Shown: positions 37,161-48,784, counted from the first letter of the whole stretch. The stretch is 63,438 nucleotides of DNA, filler included, from Actinomycetota bacterium (GCA_025963875.1; 6 parts of 6 records of this genome joined end to end with filler, not necessarily neighbours in it); one strand, 5' to 3'. A program made the numbers and translations. The notes: generated from the letters alone by a model not told the origin.

Positions 37161-39183
37161 GTCCGATCACTCCTTTGGTGACGAGCCGGGCGTGTGGCGG
37201 CAGCTCGGGGTAGGCGAGGACGGGCGTCGGGAGACCGGAGGCCTCGAACAGGTGGCGCAGGGGCCGGCGCAGGGCCTGGGTGCAGATGACGGCGGCGGTG
37301 CCTTCGGACGGCGAGGCGAGCGCCGCCTCCAGGTCGGTGCGCAGCAGGCGGACCCGGGCCGGCTCGACGACGAGACGCGTCTCGCCCTCGATCTCCCGCA
37401 GGTCGGCCAGCAACGAGGCCTCGAATGCCGGATCGAGCGTGATGACGGCGAGCGTGCCTTCCGGAGCGAGCTTGGCGACGATCGCCCCGCCGACGGCCAC
37501 CCGGGCCGCCGCTACGAGGTGGTCGAGGACACGGGTCTGCGTGCTCCTCGTGGCCACGGCCTCGACGATGCGGGACAGGTCCCGCACGGGAACCTGCTCG
37601 GACAGCAGCCCCCGGAGGACGCCCTGCAGGGTGGAGACGGGCAGCAGGTCGGTGCCGACCTCCTGGGCGAGCAGCGGCTCGTCGTAGCGCAGCCCCTCGA
37701 TCATGGCCTGGACGTCCTGGCGGGACAGGAGATCGGCGGCGTGGCGCCGGACGACCTCGGCGAGGTGGGTCACGATGGCGGACGACCGGTCGACGACGGT
37801 CGCCCCGGCAGCCGCCGCCTGGCTGCGCGCGGCGTCGGGGATCCAGAACGCCTGCAGCCCGAAGACCGGTTCCACCGTCTCGGTGCCTCCCATGGCCCGG
37901 AGCGACGAGCCGGAGTCCGCAGGAAGCGCGAGCACCTGGTCCCGGGGTGCGACACCCCGCGCGACCTCGACGCCGTGCAGGAGGATCCGGTAGGCCTCGG
38001 GGGACAGCGTCAGGTCGTCGCGGGTTCGGATCATCGGCATGATGAAGCCGAGCTCAAGGGCTATCTGGCGCCGGAGGGCCTTGACCCTCGGCAGCAGGTC
38101 GCCACCGCCGGAGGTGTCGATCAGGTCGAGGATGCCATGACCCAGCTCGAGCTCCAGCGGGTCGATCCGGATCTCGTTCAGCAGGGCCTGAGGATCGTCT
38201 GGGTTGGCGGCCATGGCGTGCTCGGCCTGCTTGGCGTCCGCCCCGGCTCCCTCCTTCTTCTTGCGGGAGCTGGCGAAGAACAGGGCAATGGCGAGCCCGA
38301 GGAACGAGAACTTGGGGAGCCCCGGGAGCAGGCCGAGGAGACCGACGACGACGGCGGCCGCTCGCAGGGCGTCTTTCCGGGCGAGCAGCTGCGTGGCGGC
38401 CTCGGACCCGAGCGACCCGTCGTCGCCGACGCGCGTCACCAGGAGGCCCGTGGCGATCGAGATGAGCAGCGCAGGGATCTGCGCCACCAGGCCATCGCCG
38501 ACCGACAGCAGGGAGTACGTGGAGATAGCCTGGCCGAGTGGCATGTGGTGCGAGCCCATGCCGATGGCGAAGCCACCGATCAGGTTGACGGCCACGATGA
38601 GGATGGCGGCGATGGCATCGCCTTTCACGAACTTGGCGGCACCGTCCATCGCGCCGTAGAAGTCCGCCTCCTTGGCGATGCGCTTGCGCAGGACCCGGGC
38701 CTGGTCCTGTTCGATGAGGCCGGCGGCAACGTCGGCGTCGATGGCCATCTGCCGGCCGGGCATGGCGTCGAGGGTGAAGCGGGCAGCGACCTCCGCCACA
38801 CGCCCCGACCCGTTGGTGATGACCACGAACTGGATCACGATGAGGATGAGGAAGACCACCAGCCCGACGACGACCGAGCCCCCGACCACGAAGTGGCCGA
38901 ACGTCTGGATCACCTTGCCGGCGTAGCCGTTCAGCAGGATGAGCCGGGTGGACGCCACGTTGAGGCTGAGGCGCATCAGGGTCGTGACCAGCAGCAGGGA
39001 CGGGAAGACCGACAGCTCCATGTTGTCCTTGAGCAGGATCGACGCGAGCAGGATCACCACCGCGAGCGTGATGTTGGTGGCGAGCATGAGGTCCAGCACC
39101 ATGGCGGGGACGGGGATGACCATCATCATCACGGCCATCATCACGAAGGCCGGCATGGCGAAGTTCCGCAGGTTTGCGTTCAC
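37141..39183 (-). CDS. flhA: Flagellar export gate protein FlhA
   Basis: FPSLLL.TTL.RLSLNVASTRLIL, RVAEVAARFTLDAMPG.QMAIDAD, FYGAMDGAAKFVKGDA, GDGLVAQIPALL. Confidence 0.97.
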   Translation of the reverse strand: MNANLRNFAMPAFVMMAVMMMVIPVPAMVLDLMLATNITLAVVILLASILLKDNMELSVFPSLLLVTTLMRLSLNVASTRLILLNGYAGKVIQTFGHFVVGGSVVVGLVVFLILIVIQFVVITNGSGRVAEVAARFTLDAMPGRQMAIDADVAAGLIEQDQARVLRKRIAKEADFYGAMDGAAKFVKGDAIAAILIVAVNLIGGFAIGMGSHHMPLGQAISTYSLLSVGDGLVAQIPALLISIATGLLVTRVGDDGSLGSEAATQLLARKDALRAAAVVVGLLGLLPGLPKFSFLGLAIALFFASSRKKKEGAGADAKQAEHAMAANPDDPQALLNEIRIDPLELELGHGILDLIDTSGGGDLLPRVKALRRQIALELGFIMPMIRTRDDLTLSPEAYRILLHGVEVARGVAPRDQVLALPADSGSSLRAMGGTETVEPVFGLQAFWIPDAARSQAAAAGATVVDRSSAIVTHLAEVVRRHAADLLSRQDVQAMIEGLRYDEPLLAQEVGTDLLPVSTLQGVLRGLLSEQVPVRDLSRIVEAVATRSTQTRVLDHLVAAARVAVGGAIVAKLAPEGTLAVITLDPAFEASLLADLREIEGETRLVVEPARVRLLRTDLEAALASPSEGTAAVICTQALRRPLRHLFEASGLPTPVLAYPELPPHARLVTKGVIGHAHAAV

Positions 39184-40229
39184 AGGGAGCCCTTCCTGCG
39201 CCGGCGGTAGGCGGCGGCAAGAACGACGGCGACGGCCTCGAAGAGGGCCGCCGGGACGAAATGGCCCACCTTGCACCGGCTGAAGATGGCTCGCGCCAGG
39301 GGCTTGTCCTCCCGGACCATCACGCCGTGGCGGTAGGCAGTGGCCCGGAGCTTGAGCGCGAGTGCACCGGACCCCTTGGCCACCACCCGGGGAGCCGGTT
39401 CGTTCGCCGCGTAGCGCAGGGCCACGGCGAGGTGGGTGGGGTTCATGAGCACGACGTCGGCGGTGGCGGTCTCAACGATCATGTTGTGGCGGGAGATCTC
39501 GGCGTGGCGGCGCCGGCGATGGGCACGGACCTGCGGGTCGCCCTCCTCCTCCTTGCTCTCCTGCCGGGTCTCCTGCTTGCTCATCTTCAGGCTCTTGCCG
39601 GTGCGGCGCTTCACCATGGTGTAGTCGGCGGCGGCGAGGATCGCGGCGAGCGCCGCCAGGCGGACCAGCATCGTGGTCGCCTGGGTGCCCGTGAACCGGA
39701 GCCACTCGTTCATGCCGCTGAGCGTGGTGGACCGCTGCACCGCCACGCGGATCGGCCCCCACACCACGAGGGCGCCGAGGCCGAGCTTGATCGATGACCG
39801 GAGGCCCTCCCAGACCATCGTGGCGGGCTTGTAGCGCTGCATGCCCTTCTTGAGGCTCAGGTGCGAGAACTTCGGCTTGAGCGTGGCGGGGGCGAACATG
39901 AATCCCGTCTGGATCCCGCCTGCAAGGGCGAGCAGCACGGAGATGGCGAGGATGGGCAGCAGGGTCGAGACGACCATGGTGCGGGCCACCGAGCGCACGA
40001 GGGCCCCCGTCGGGGCGGTCCCCGCGGTGGACAGGATGCTGCGCATACCGCCAGCCAGCGACCGAGCCGCCGGCGGCATGAAGACCTTGGCAAGGACAAC
40101 GGCGCCGACGAGCGAGAGGGCGATGGGCACCTCGGCGCTGCGGGCAGTCTGGCCCTCGCGCCGGGCCTTGCGCCGCTTGCGCTTGCTCGGTTTTTCTGTC
40201 TTCCCTTCGTTCTTGCCCACTCGTCGCAC
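39180..40229 (-). CDS. flhB: Flagellar export protein FlhB (start 40229 or 40220)
   Basis: KTEKPS...ARREGQ, LKMSKQE...E.K.EEGDP, NPTH autocleavage motif. Confidence 0.95.
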   Translation of the reverse strand: MRRVGKNEGKTEKPSKRKRRKARREGQTARSAEVPIALSLVGAVVLAKVFMPPAARSLAGGMRSILSTAGTAPTGALVRSVARTMVVSTLLPILAISVLLALAGGIQTGFMFAPATLKPKFSHLSLKKGMQRYKPATMVWEGLRSSIKLGLGALVVWGPIRVAVQRSTTLSGMNEWLRFTGTQATTMLVRLAALAAILAAADYTMVKRRTGKSLKMSKQETRQESKEEEGDPQVRAHRRRRHAEISRHNMIVETATADVVLMNPTHLAVALRYAANEPAPRVVAKGSGALALKLRATAYRHGVMVREDKPLARAIFSRCKVGHFVPAALFEAVAVVLAAAYRRRRKGSL

Positions 40230-40335
40230 ACCCCAGGCGTGAAGTCCGAGCCGGTCCGTGGCTCAACGAGTCGCATCCGTTCGAAGTGTCCGGTCGGCAA
40301 CGGGGGCCGGGAGTTAAGGCGTAGGGGGCGCTCCC

Positions 40336-40383
40336 GAAGTCCGGAAAAAATCGCGTGCATACACGCGAAAAATTCCGAACTTC
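40336..40383. repeat. 48-nt palindromic element GAAGTCCG-N32-CGAACTTC
   Basis: GAAGT-C-CGGAA-AAAA-TCGCGTG-CATA-CACGCGA-AAAA-TTCCG-A-ACTTC in the fliR-flhB gap. Confidence 0.85.
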
Positions 40384-40403
40384 CTCCGGCCCCGGGCCGG
40401 GCG

Positions 40404-41168
40404 TCAGGGGGTCAGGCCGTGGATGACCTCGTTGATGCTGTGGCTCATCTCCGCGAGCACCTGCTGGACCGCCCCCGGAAAGATGGCCACGATCGCCCCC
40501 AGCAGCATCAGGCTGATGAGCAGCTTGAGGGGCAGGCCGATGACGAAGGCGTTGGTCTGGGGGGCGAACCGGGCGAGGGCGGCGAGCGCCAGGTCGGCGA
40601 GGAAGATGGCAGCCAGCACCGGCGCGGCAAGGGCGACCCCCGACACCATCAGCGCCCCCAGCGAGTCGATGAGCATCGTGGCGAGCCCGCTGGGCATCCG
40701 GGCCACGCCCGCGAGCGGGACGGCCTGGATGCTGAGGGCAAGGCCCCGCACCATGAGGCGGTCACCGCCCACCACCATCAGGATGGCGAGCGCCGTCATG
40801 TTGAACATGCTGACGAGCACGCCCGAGGTGTGGTCCCCGGACGGGTCGAGGACCTGGGCGGCGGCGAGGCCGGCTCCCAGCTCGACGACATTGCCCGCAA
40901 CGTCGAAGGCGTAGAAGGGCAGGCCGCTGATGAAGGCGAGCACCAGTCCCACGCCGAAGTTGACCGCGGCGGCCGCGATGAGCCCCGGGAGGTCGGGCAC
41001 GTGGGCGATCGGCCGGGCGAGTGCCAGGGCGACGGCGATGGCGAAGGCGCCCCGCCCCACCTTGGGCATGACTTTGGCAAGGATCGGGGACGCAACCGCG
41101 AACGCCGCCACGCGGATCACGGCGAGGAGGATGCCCACAAGCCACGTGGCGTCGACGGTGATCGGCAT
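40404..41168 (-). CDS. fliR: Flagellar export protein FliR
   Basis: Polytopic membrane protein, AGNVVELGAGL....DP, RFAPQTNAFVIGLPLK. Lies between fliQ and flhB. Confidence 0.93.
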   Translation of the reverse strand: MPITVDATWLVGILLAVIRVAAFAVASPILAKVMPKVGRGAFAIAVALALARPIAHVPDLPGLIAAAAVNFGVGLVLAFISGLPFYAFDVAGNVVELGAGLAAAQVLDPSGDHTSGVLVSMFNMTALAILMVVGGDRLMVRGLALSIQAVPLAGVARMPSGLATMLIDSLGALMVSGVALAAPVLAAIFLADLALAALARFAPQTNAFVIGLPLKLLISLMLLGAIVAIFPGAVQQVLAEMSHSINEVIHGLTP

Positions 41169-41172
41169 CGGG

Positions 41173-41436
41173 CTACATGCTCGGGATCATGTGCCAGAGC
41201 TCCTGCACGTAGGCCGTGAACTGGTGGATCATCCAGGGCCCCCCGAGGACGAGGACGAGCCCGACCCCGATCAGCTTCGGGACGAACGACAGGGTCATCT
41301 CCTGGATCTGGGTGACGGTCTGCAGCACCGCCACCACGAGCCCGACGATCAGGCACACGGCCAGGATGGGGCCGGCGAGCTTGAGCGCCATCAGCATCGC
41401 CTGGCTGAGGATGTGGACCACCATGGTGTCGGTCAT
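41173..41436 (-). CDS. fliQ: Flagellar export protein FliQ
   Basis: QTVTQIQEMTLSFVPKL, GPWM. Confidence 0.96.
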   Translation of the reverse strand: MTDTMVVHILSQAMLMALKLAGPILAVCLIVGLVVAVLQTVTQIQEMTLSFVPKLIGVGLVLVLGGPWMIHQFTAYVQELWHMIPSM

Positions 41437-41440
41437 CGGG

Positions 41441-42226
41441 CTAGCCTCCCTTGGCGCCCATGAGCAACGAGCGCACAAGCAGCCCCCAGCCGTCGACGAG
41501 CACGAAGAGCAACAGCTTGAGGGGCAGCGAGATCACGACCGGCGGCAGCATCACCATGCCGAGCGACATCAGCCCGGAGGCCACCACAAGGTCGACGACC
41601 AGGAACGGGACGTAGACGATGAACCCGATCAGGAAGGCCCGGCGCAGCTCCGACAGGACAAAGGCGGGGATGAGGACGCGGGGGGGCACGTCGGCGACGG
41701 TCTTGGGCCGGGGGGCCCCGGAGACGTTGGTGAAGAGAGCGACGTCCTCGATCTTCACCTGGCGCTCCATGTAGACCTGGAGCGGGGCATACCCCTTCTT
41801 CGCCGCGTCCGCCCAGCCGATCTTCCCGCTGAGCGCAGGCTGGATGGCCTGGTGGTTGACCTTGCTGAGGACCGGGCCCATCGCGAACAGGGTGAGGAAC
41901 AGCGAGAGGCCGATGATGACCTGGTTGGGCGGGATTCCCTGCAGCCCGAGGGCGTTGCGGGTGAGCAGCAGCACCACGACGAAGCGGGTGAACGAGGTCA
42001 TGAGCAGCAGGATGGCCGGCGCAAGGGAGGCGAGCCCGAACAGCAGGACGATGACGACGGTGCGCGAGAGGCCCGGGTCACCGGTGTTGAGGTTCACACC
42101 GATCCCGGGGAGGGTGCTGGACGGCGAGGGCGAGGGCCCGGCGGCGGATGCAGGGCCGGCAAGCACGAGGAGCAGGCCTGTGGCCAGCCCGACGAGAACC
42201 GGGAGGCTAAGCGCTCTTCTTAACAC
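41441..42226 (-). CDS. fliP: Flagellar export protein FliP
   Basis: MTSFTRF, ALG.Q..PPNQV, PAFVLSEL..AF.IGF, PF.VVD.VVA, GMVMLPP, LFVLVDGW. Confidence 0.97.
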   Translation of the reverse strand: MLRRALSLPVLVGLATGLLLVLAGPASAAGPSPSPSSTLPGIGVNLNTGDPGLSRTVVIVLLFGLASLAPAILLLMTSFTRFVVVLLLTRNALGLQGIPPNQVIIGLSLFLTLFAMGPVLSKVNHQAIQPALSGKIGWADAAKKGYAPLQVYMERQVKIEDVALFTNVSGAPRPKTVADVPPRVLIPAFVLSELRRAFLIGFIVYVPFLVVDLVVASGLMSLGMVMLPPVVISLPLKLLLFVLVDGWGLLVRSLLMGAKGG

Positions 42227-42649
42227 GGACGGGTCCTCGTACCGAGCGCAGGGCTGGCCGCCCCGTGGTCGCCGGTACGTCGCTGCGCAGCGTCATCTTC
42301 TGGAGACGCTGCACGAGACCCGTCCGTGGGCTCATGTCTGCATGGGTCGTGCTCCTGGCATCGAACAGATGCCTCGGCTGCTCTGCCGGTTCGAGTTCCG
42401 GTTCGGGCTCCAATTCGGGCCCGGACGTGTCGGGGCGGCCGCGGAGCTGTCCGGCGACAACCTCGTCGAGTGACTCGCCGGATAGCTCCGCCACCAGCGA
42501 GACCCCCTTGTCGCTCACGCCGAGGACCAGGCCCCGGTCGGCGATGCGGACCACGGCCACGCTGACGCCCTTGGCGAGGCCGAGGCGGGCGAGCACCTCG
42601 AGCTGCCGGCGGGCGTCGCCGCGCCGGCGCCGGGAGTGGTGGCGGACGC
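42207..42649 (-). CDS. fliO: FliO-like protein, 5' truncated
   Basis: LEVLARLGLAKGVSVAVVRIADRGLVLGVSD beta-domain immediately upstream of fliP. Confidence 0.75.
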
Positions 42650-42749
42650 NNNNNNNNNNNNNNNNNNNNNNNNNNNNNNNNNNNNNNNNNNNNTTAATTA
42701 ATTAANNNNNNNNNNNNNNNNNNNNNNNNNNNNNNNNNNNNNNNNNNNN
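42650..42749. other. Artificial contig linker
   Basis: N-run with TTAATTAATTAA. Confidence 0.99.
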
Positions 42750-43433
42750 GGTCCGCAGGATCTGGGGGCCGAGCGATACCGGGACGGCGCCGGCAGCCGA
42801 GAAGGTGGCCACCTCGCCGTCCGAGAGGCCTCCTTCGGGGCCGACGACCACCCACACGGACTCGGCGCCGGCCCCCCGTTCGGCGAGGACGTCCCGGAGG
42901 CGGGATCCGGCGGCCGGATGCGCCACCAGCCCCAACCCGCGGCCTTCGGCTGCGGCCTCGGCCACCGAGCAAGGTCCCGACAGCTCCGGCAGCCAGGCCC
43001 GATGGGACTGCTTGGCGGCCTCCCGGGCGATCGTCGCCCAGCGGCGCGCCGCGGCGCCCTGCCGGCCGGGGTCCCAGCGCGCCACGCTGCGGCCGGCCTC
43101 GAACACCACGATCCGGTCGACGCCCATCTCCACGAGGTGGCGGATCACACCGTCGACCTTGTCCCCCTTGGCCAGCCCCTGGTGGATCTCGACCCGCGGC
43201 GTGGGGGCGGGGGTCAGGGTGCGGTCGACGATCTCGACCCCGACCGCACCCGGCGCCACAGAGGTGAGCCGGGCCTCCACGATGGTCCCCCGGCCGTCGG
43301 AGATGTGGACGACGTCGCCGGGGGAGGCCCGGCGGACGACGGCAAGGTGCCGGGCGTCCTCACCTTGGATGGTCAGCTCCGCCGCGTCGAGCGCCTTGGG
43401 CTCAGCGAAGAAGATGGGGGCGTGCCCGCTCAT
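42750..43433 (-). CDS. rsmE: 16S rRNA m3U1498 methyltransferase, 3' truncated
   Basis: ARHL.VVRR, EMGV, EAAKQS.R, VGPEGG, SLGPQILRT. Lies downstream of dnaJ. Confidence 0.93.
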
Positions 43434-43441
43434 CGCAGATC

Positions 43442-43488
43442 TTCTTTGGGTGATGAGCACTGCATATCATTGATATTCACCCAAAGAA
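43442..43488. repeat. 47-nt palindromic element, TTCTTTG-N33-CAAAGAA, copy D
   Basis: 13-bp perfect arms CTTCTTTGGGTGA/TCACCCAAAGAAG between dnaJ and rsmE. Confidence 0.9.
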
Positions 43489-43504
43489 GGTTGTTTCGGT
43501 GCCT

Positions 43505-44599
43505 TCAGCCGTGGAGGGCGGACCGAATCTTGCCGAACAGGCCGTGCTCCTCCTCGACGTGCTCCCCCCGGATGGCCGCAAGGCGCCGGAGGAGCTTGGA
43601 CTCCTCGTCGCTCAGGTGGGTGGGTACCTCGACGCCGATCTCGACCAGCAGATCGCCTCGGCCCGACCTGCCGAGCCGGGGGACACCCTTGCCCTTCAGG
43701 CGCACGACCCTGCCGGGCTGGGTGCCGGGCGGGATGGTCACGGTGGCCGCCCCGTCGAAGGTCTCGATGTCGACCCCGGCACCGAGCGAGGCCTGCGTCA
43801 TGGGGACGACGAGCGTCGTGAGCAGGTCGTCGCCGCGCCGGTGGAACCGTTCGTGGGGGGCGACGCGGATGACCACGTAGAGGTCGCCGACCCCGCCGCC
43901 GCGCCGGCCGGCCTCGCCCTTGCCGAAGATGCGCGGCAGCTGGACGCCGTCGTCCACGCCGGCGGGCACGGTGATGGGGATCTCGTCGACCCGCTCCATC
44001 CGGCCGTCGCCGTTGCACTCGTGGCACGGCGATGCGATCTCCTCGCCCGAGCCGTGGCACTGCGGGCAGGTGTAGGACGTCATCACGTTGCCGAAGATGC
44101 TGCGGCCCACCTGGCGGACGGCTCCCGTGCCCTGGCAGCGCGAGCACCGCTCGGGGGACGTCCCCGGCCGGCATCCCGTGCCGGAACACGAGATGCAGGT
44201 GGTGAGGTTGCGGATGGTGACCGACTTCGAGGCACCTTTCACCACGTCCTCGAGCGTCACCTCCAACTCGAGGGCGAGGTCGTTGCCCCGGCGGTTCTCG
44301 GTGCGGCGCCCGTAGGACCGGAAGGGGTCCTGGCCGAAGAAGGATGCGAAGAGGTCGAAGGGGTCGAAGCCACCCACCGGCACCTTGGCGGAGCCGTACG
44401 TGTCGTAGTCGCGGCGGCGAGCGGGGTCGGACAGGACGCCGTAGGCCTCCGCGATCTCCTTGAACTTCTCCTCGGTCGCGGGGTCCTCCTGGTTGGCGTC
44501 GGGGTGGTACTGGCGCGCCAGCCTGCGGTACGACTTCTTGATCTCGTCCTCCGAGGCGGTCCGCTCGACGCCGAGGATCGCGTAGTAGTCCTGGGCCAT
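43505..44599 (-). CDS. dnaJ: Chaperone DnaJ
   Basis: [11 protein letters not shown] and four CxxCxGxG repeats. Confidence 0.96.
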   Translation of the reverse strand: MAQDYYAILGVERTASEDEIKKSYRRLARQYHPDANQEDPATEEKFKEIAEAYGVLSDPARRRDYDTYGSAKVPVGGFDPFDLFASFFGQDPFRSYGRRTENRRGNDLALELEVTLEDVVKGASKSVTIRNLTTCISCSGTGCRPGTSPERCSRCQGTGAVRQVGRSIFGNVMTSYTCPQCHGSGEEIASPCHECNGDGRMERVDEIPITVPAGVDDGVQLPRIFGKGEAGRRGGGVGDLYVVIRVAPHERFHRRGDDLLTTLVVPMTQASLGAGVDIETFDGAATVTIPPGTQPGRVVRLKGKGVPRLGRSGRGDLLVEIGVEVPTHLSDEESKLLRRLAAIRGEHVEEEHGLFGKIRSALHG

Positions 44600-44603
44600 C
44601 CCG

Positions 44604-45638
44604 TCAGCTCGCGAGGTCGTCCAGCAGCCCGGAGAGCGACCGGGCAACGAGGTTGACGGCGGAAATCGTGAGCGGGTAGTCCATCCTCGTCGGCCCGATC
44701 ACGGCGAGCGTGCCGCGACGCTGATCCCCCAGGCCGTAGGACGCCAGGACCGTGGCACACGTCTGCATCTGCTCGATGGAGTGTTCCTGGCCGATGAGCA
44801 CGATCATCGTGCCCTCGCCCTGCGCCCTGCCCAGCAGCGCGGCGAGCACCATCGGCTGCTCGAGGACCCCGACGACGCCTCCCGCGGTCTCCAGGTCGGA
44901 GAACTTCTCGCGGGTGAGGATGTTGGCGGTGCCGCCCCGGTAGATCCGCTCCCAGGTGCTCCCGGTGACGATGCGCTGGATCTCGACGGCGATGAGCGCC
45001 CGGGTGGGATCCATGGGCTGGCCCATCGGCGGGGGGCTGGCAAGCCTGAGCGCGAGCTCCTCGAACACGGCGCCGGTGAGCTCGGCATTCAAAGCGTTGC
45101 CCAGGTCGGCCAGCTCCTGCTCGGTCTTGGGCTCGGGGAGGTCGACGAGACCCTGCTCCACAAGGCCGGTGTCGGCGATCAGCAGCAGTCCGATCCGGCC
45201 GTCGGCCCGGGCGAGCAGCTCGAGGCGCCGCAGCCGGTTCTCCCGCGACGGCGGGGCCGCCACGACGGCGACCGCCTCGGTGACCTCCGACAGCACCTGC
45301 GACGTCGTGTCGAGGGCCTCCTCCAGCGCGTAGAAGCCGTGCTCGAAGGCGTCGCTGATGGCGCGCTGGGGGCCCGGCGGCAGATCCGGCCAGGCCGGCC
45401 CCGGCCAGTTGTCGATGAACCAGCGGTAGCCCTTATCGGTCGGGACGCCGCCGGCCGAGGAGTGGGGCCGCTGGATGTACCCGAGATCTTCGAGGAGCGC
45501 CATGTCGTTGCGGACGGTGGCGGCCGACACTGCGAGGCCGAGCTTCTCGGTGAGCGCCTTCGAGCCGACCGGCTGACCCGCGCGGACGAATTCCCGGACG
45601 ATCGCCCGCAGAATCGCACCTTTACGAGAATCCAGCAT
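44604..45638 (-). CDS. hrcA: Heat-inducible repressor HrcA
   Basis: [38 protein letters not shown]. Confidence 0.96.
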   Translation of the reverse strand: MLDSRKGAILRAIVREFVRAGQPVGSKALTEKLGLAVSAATVRNDMALLEDLGYIQRPHSSAGGVPTDKGYRWFIDNWPGPAWPDLPPGPQRAISDAFEHGFYALEEALDTTSQVLSEVTEAVAVVAAPPSRENRLRRLELLARADGRIGLLLIADTGLVEQGLVDLPEPKTEQELADLGNALNAELTGAVFEELALRLASPPPMGQPMDPTRALIAVEIQRIVTGSTWERIYRGGTANILTREKFSDLETAGGVVGVLEQPMVLAALLGRAQGEGTMIVLIGQEHSIEQMQTCATVLASYGLGDQRRGTLAVIGPTRMDYPLTISAVNLVARSLSGLLDDLAS

Positions 45639-45670
45639 CAGCTATGTCTCCTCCGGCGGCCACAGTAAAT

Positions 45671-45697
45671 TTAGCACCCGGCCACGTCGACTGCTAA
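45671..45697. promoter_or_regulatory. CIRCE element
   Basis: TTAGCACCC-N9-GACTGCTAA against consensus TTAGCACTC-N9-GAGTGCTAA, just upstream of hrcA. Confidence 0.88.
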
Positions 45698-45717
45698 GAA
45701 CGGCTAAAGTTCGCGAA

Positions 45718-46875
45718 TCAGGACAGCAATGACCTCGCCACGTGGCCCCAGAGAAAGAAGCCCCGCTCGGTCAATGCGACGGCCTGCTCGGTGATCCGGA
45801 TCAGCCCCAACCCGGCGGCCTCCCGAAGCTCACCCTCCCAGCGTACGACCGGATCCATACCCCAGACCTCGGCAAAGCGGGCACGGTCGAGGCCGCCGGC
45901 AAGGCGGAGGCCCACGATGGCGGCCTCGGCGGCTCGCTCGGCGGCAGGGAGCTCCTCCCATCCCTCCTCGACGGCGGGCGAGCGGGCGACGTAGGTGCGG
46001 GGCGACGACACGTTCCACGAGCGGCGGCCGTGCCGGTGGCCGTGGGCGCCGGCGCCGAAGCCGAGATAGTCGCCGCCCGTCCAGTAGCAGAGGTTGTGGC
46101 GGGACCAGGCCCCCGGCTTCGCCCAGTTGGAGATCTCGTACCGCTCCAGGCCGGCGGCGGGGAGGAGTCCGGCCGCGAGCTCGTAGCGGTCGGCCTGGTC
46201 GTCGTCGTCGGGGGCCTGCCGGAGGCCCCTGGCGACCCACGACGCCAGGGGGGTCCGCTCCTCGACCTGGAGGGCGTAGGTGGAGACGTGGTCGACCCCG
46301 GTCGCCAGGACGCCCTCCAGGCTCGCCCGCCAGTCCTCGAGGCTCTCCCCCGGCGTCCCGAAGATCAGGTCGGCGTTGACGTGGTCAAAGCCCGCCGCTT
46401 CTGCGTCGGCCAGGGCAGCCCGTGCTCGCTCCGGCGTGTGCGCCCGGCCGAGCCATTTCAGGACGTGGGGCGCCAGGGACTGGACGCCGAGGCTGACCCT
46501 TGTGAACCCGGCCGCCAGCAGGCCGTCGAAGGTGGCCCGGGTGGTCGACTCGGGATTGGCCTCGATGGCGACCTCGGCGTCGGGGGCCACCTCGAAGCTC
46601 TCCCTGAGCACTCGCAGGATGCGGCCCAGCTCCCCGGGCGACAGCTCGGTCGGGGTCCCGCCGCCGAAGAACATTGTGTCCACCGGGGCCCCGTCGGCTG
46701 CGGCGCGGATCTCCTTGAGGAGGGCCTCGACGTAGGGACCCTTCACGTCGTCCATGCCGGCGTGGGCGTTGAAGTCGCAGTACGGGCAGTGCACGAGGCA
46801 GAACGGGATATGGACGTACACCCCGCGGGCGAGGCGGAGCGCCGGGGCCGTCGGCAGTAAGAGGGTGTTGGTCAT
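45718..46875 (-). CDS. hemW: Radical SAM heme chaperone HemW (HemN-like)
   Basis: [45 protein letters not shown]. lepA-hemW-hrcA synteny. Confidence 0.93.
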   Translation of the reverse strand: MTNTLLLPTAPALRLARGVYVHIPFCLVHCPYCDFNAHAGMDDVKGPYVEALLKEIRAAADGAPVDTMFFGGGTPTELSPGELGRILRVLRESFEVAPDAEVAIEANPESTTRATFDGLLAAGFTRVSLGVQSLAPHVLKWLGRAHTPERARAALADAEAAGFDHVNADLIFGTPGESLEDWRASLEGVLATGVDHVSTYALQVEERTPLASWVARGLRQAPDDDDQADRYELAAGLLPAAGLERYEISNWAKPGAWSRHNLCYWTGGDYLGFGAGAHGHRHGRRSWNVSSPRTYVARSPAVEEGWEELPAAERAAEAAIVGLRLAGGLDRARFAEVWGMDPVVRWEGELREAAGLGLIRITEQAVALTERGFFLWGHVARSLLS

Positions 46876-48680
46876 TTTTTGTCGTCCAGGCGCAGGGCCG
46901 CCATGAACGCCTCCTGGGGGATCTCGACCGATCCCACCTGCTTCATCCGCCGCTTGCCCGCCTTCTGCTTCTCCAGCAGCTTGCGCTTGCGGGTGATGTC
47001 GCCGCCGTAGCACTTCGCCAGGACGTCCTTGCGCCGGGCCCGGATGGTCTCCCGGGCGATGATCCGGGACCCGATGGAGGCCTGGACCGCCACGTCGAAC
47101 ATCTGCCGGGGCACCAGCTCCCGCAGCTTCTCGACCATCTTGCGGCCGTAGGTGTAGGCCCGCTCCTTGTGCACGATGGAGCTGAAGGCGTCCACTGGCT
47201 CGCCGTGCAGGAGGATCTCCACCTTGACCAGGTCCTCGGGCCGGTAGCCGATGGCTTCGTAATCGAGCGACCCGTAGCCCCGGGTCCGGCTCTTGAGCTG
47301 GTCGAAGAAGTCCACGATCATCTCGGCCAGCGGCAGGTGGTAGCGGATCTCCACCCGGTCCTCTGAGAGGTAGTGCATCTCCTTCATCTCGCCGCGGCGC
47401 TCCTGGCAGAGCTCCATCAGCGTCCCGAGGAACTCCTTCGGCGTGATGATCATGGCCGCAGCCAGCGGCTCCCGGATCTCCTGGATCGCCGCGGGGTCCG
47501 GCATCTCGGCGGGGTTGTGGACCGAGATGACCTCGCCGGTCACCCGCACCACCTCGTAGGCGACGCTCGGCACCGTGATCAGCAGGTCGAGGTCGAACTC
47601 CCGCTCCAGGCGCTCCCGCACGATGTCCATGTGGAGCAGGCCGAGGAAGCCGCACCGGAAGCCGAAGCCGAGGGCCTGGGAGGTCTCCGGCTCGTAGACG
47701 AAGGCGGCGTCGTTGAGGCGGAGCTTGTCGAGGGCGTCGCGCAGGTCGGCGTACTGGTCGCCGTCGGTGGGGTACAGGCCCGCCCACACCATCGGCTTGG
47801 GCTCCCGGTAGCCGTGCAGGGGCTCGTCGGCCGGGCGGGCGGCGTCGGTGATGGTGTCGCCCACCTTGGCCTCCCGGACGTTCTTCACGCCGGGGATGGC
47901 GTAGCCCACGTCGCCGGCCTCCAGCTTTTTGACCGGCATCATCGTCGGGGCGAACACCCCAACCTCCTCCAGCTCGTGGAGGGAGCCGGTGGCCATCATC
48001 TTCACCTTCTGGCGAGCGGTGAGCTCGCCGTCGAGGACCCGGACGAAGCTGACGACGCCGCGGTAGTTGTCGTAGGTCGAGTCGAAGATGAGCGCCCGGG
48101 TGGGGTCCTCGGGCGCACCCTTGGGAGAGGGGACCCGCCGGATCACCTCCTCCAACAGCTCGACGACGCCGGCCCCCGTCTTGCCGGACACCCGGAGCAC
48201 GCTGCCGGGATCGATCCCGATCAGGCTGGAAAGCTCGGCGGACACCCGTTCGGGGTCGGCGGCGGGCAGGTCGATCTTGTTGACGGCGGGGATGACCTCG
48301 AGCCCGGCCTCGATGGCCAGGTACAGGTTGGCGAGGGTCTGCGCCTCGATGCCCTGGGCGGCGTCGACCAGGAGGATGACGCCGTCGCAGGCGGCGAGGG
48401 ACCTCGACACCTCGTAGCTGAAGTCGACGTGGCCGGGGGTGTCGATGAGGTTGAGCTCGTAGGTCTTGCCGTCCTTGGCGGGGTACTGGAGCCGGATGGC
48501 CTGGGCCTTGATGGTGATGCCCCGCTCGCGCTCGAGGTCCATCCGGTCGAGGTACTGCTCGCGCATCTCGCGCTCGGGCACGGCCTTGCAGACCTGCAGG
48601 ATGCGATCGGCGAGGGTCGACTTCCCGTGGTCCACGTGGGCGATCAGGCTGAATGCCCGTACGAGTGATCGGTCTTTCAT
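46872..48680 (-). CDS. lepA: Elongation factor 4
   Basis: [59 protein letters not shown]. Confidence 0.98.
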   Translation of the reverse strand: MKDRSLVRAFSLIAHVDHGKSTLADRILQVCKAVPEREMREQYLDRMDLERERGITIKAQAIRLQYPAKDGKTYELNLIDTPGHVDFSYEVSRSLAACDGVILLVDAAQGIEAQTLANLYLAIEAGLEVIPAVNKIDLPAADPERVSAELSSLIGIDPGSVLRVSGKTGAGVVELLEEVIRRVPSPKGAPEDPTRALIFDSTYDNYRGVVSFVRVLDGELTARQKVKMMATGSLHELEEVGVFAPTMMPVKKLEAGDVGYAIPGVKNVREAKVGDTITDAARPADEPLHGYREPKPMVWAGLYPTDGDQYADLRDALDKLRLNDAAFVYEPETSQALGFGFRCGFLGLLHMDIVRERLEREFDLDLLITVPSVAYEVVRVTGEVISVHNPAEMPDPAAIQEIREPLAAAMIITPKEFLGTLMELCQERRGEMKEMHYLSEDRVEIRYHLPLAEMIVDFFDQLKSRTRGYGSLDYEAIGYRPEDLVKVEILLHGEPVDAFSSIVHKERAYTYGRKMVEKLRELVPRQMFDVAVQASIGSRIIARETIRARRKDVLAKCYGGDITRKRKLLEKQKAGKRRMKQVGSVEIPQEAFMAALRLDDKK

Positions 48681-48784
48681 CTGATGCCACGGTACCTTAG
48701 AGTGCTACACTCCCTCGTTCCCGCTGTTCCCCCCCTGTTGATAAGAACTGAGGGGACTCTCTGAAGTCACGCCCCGGAGTTGAG

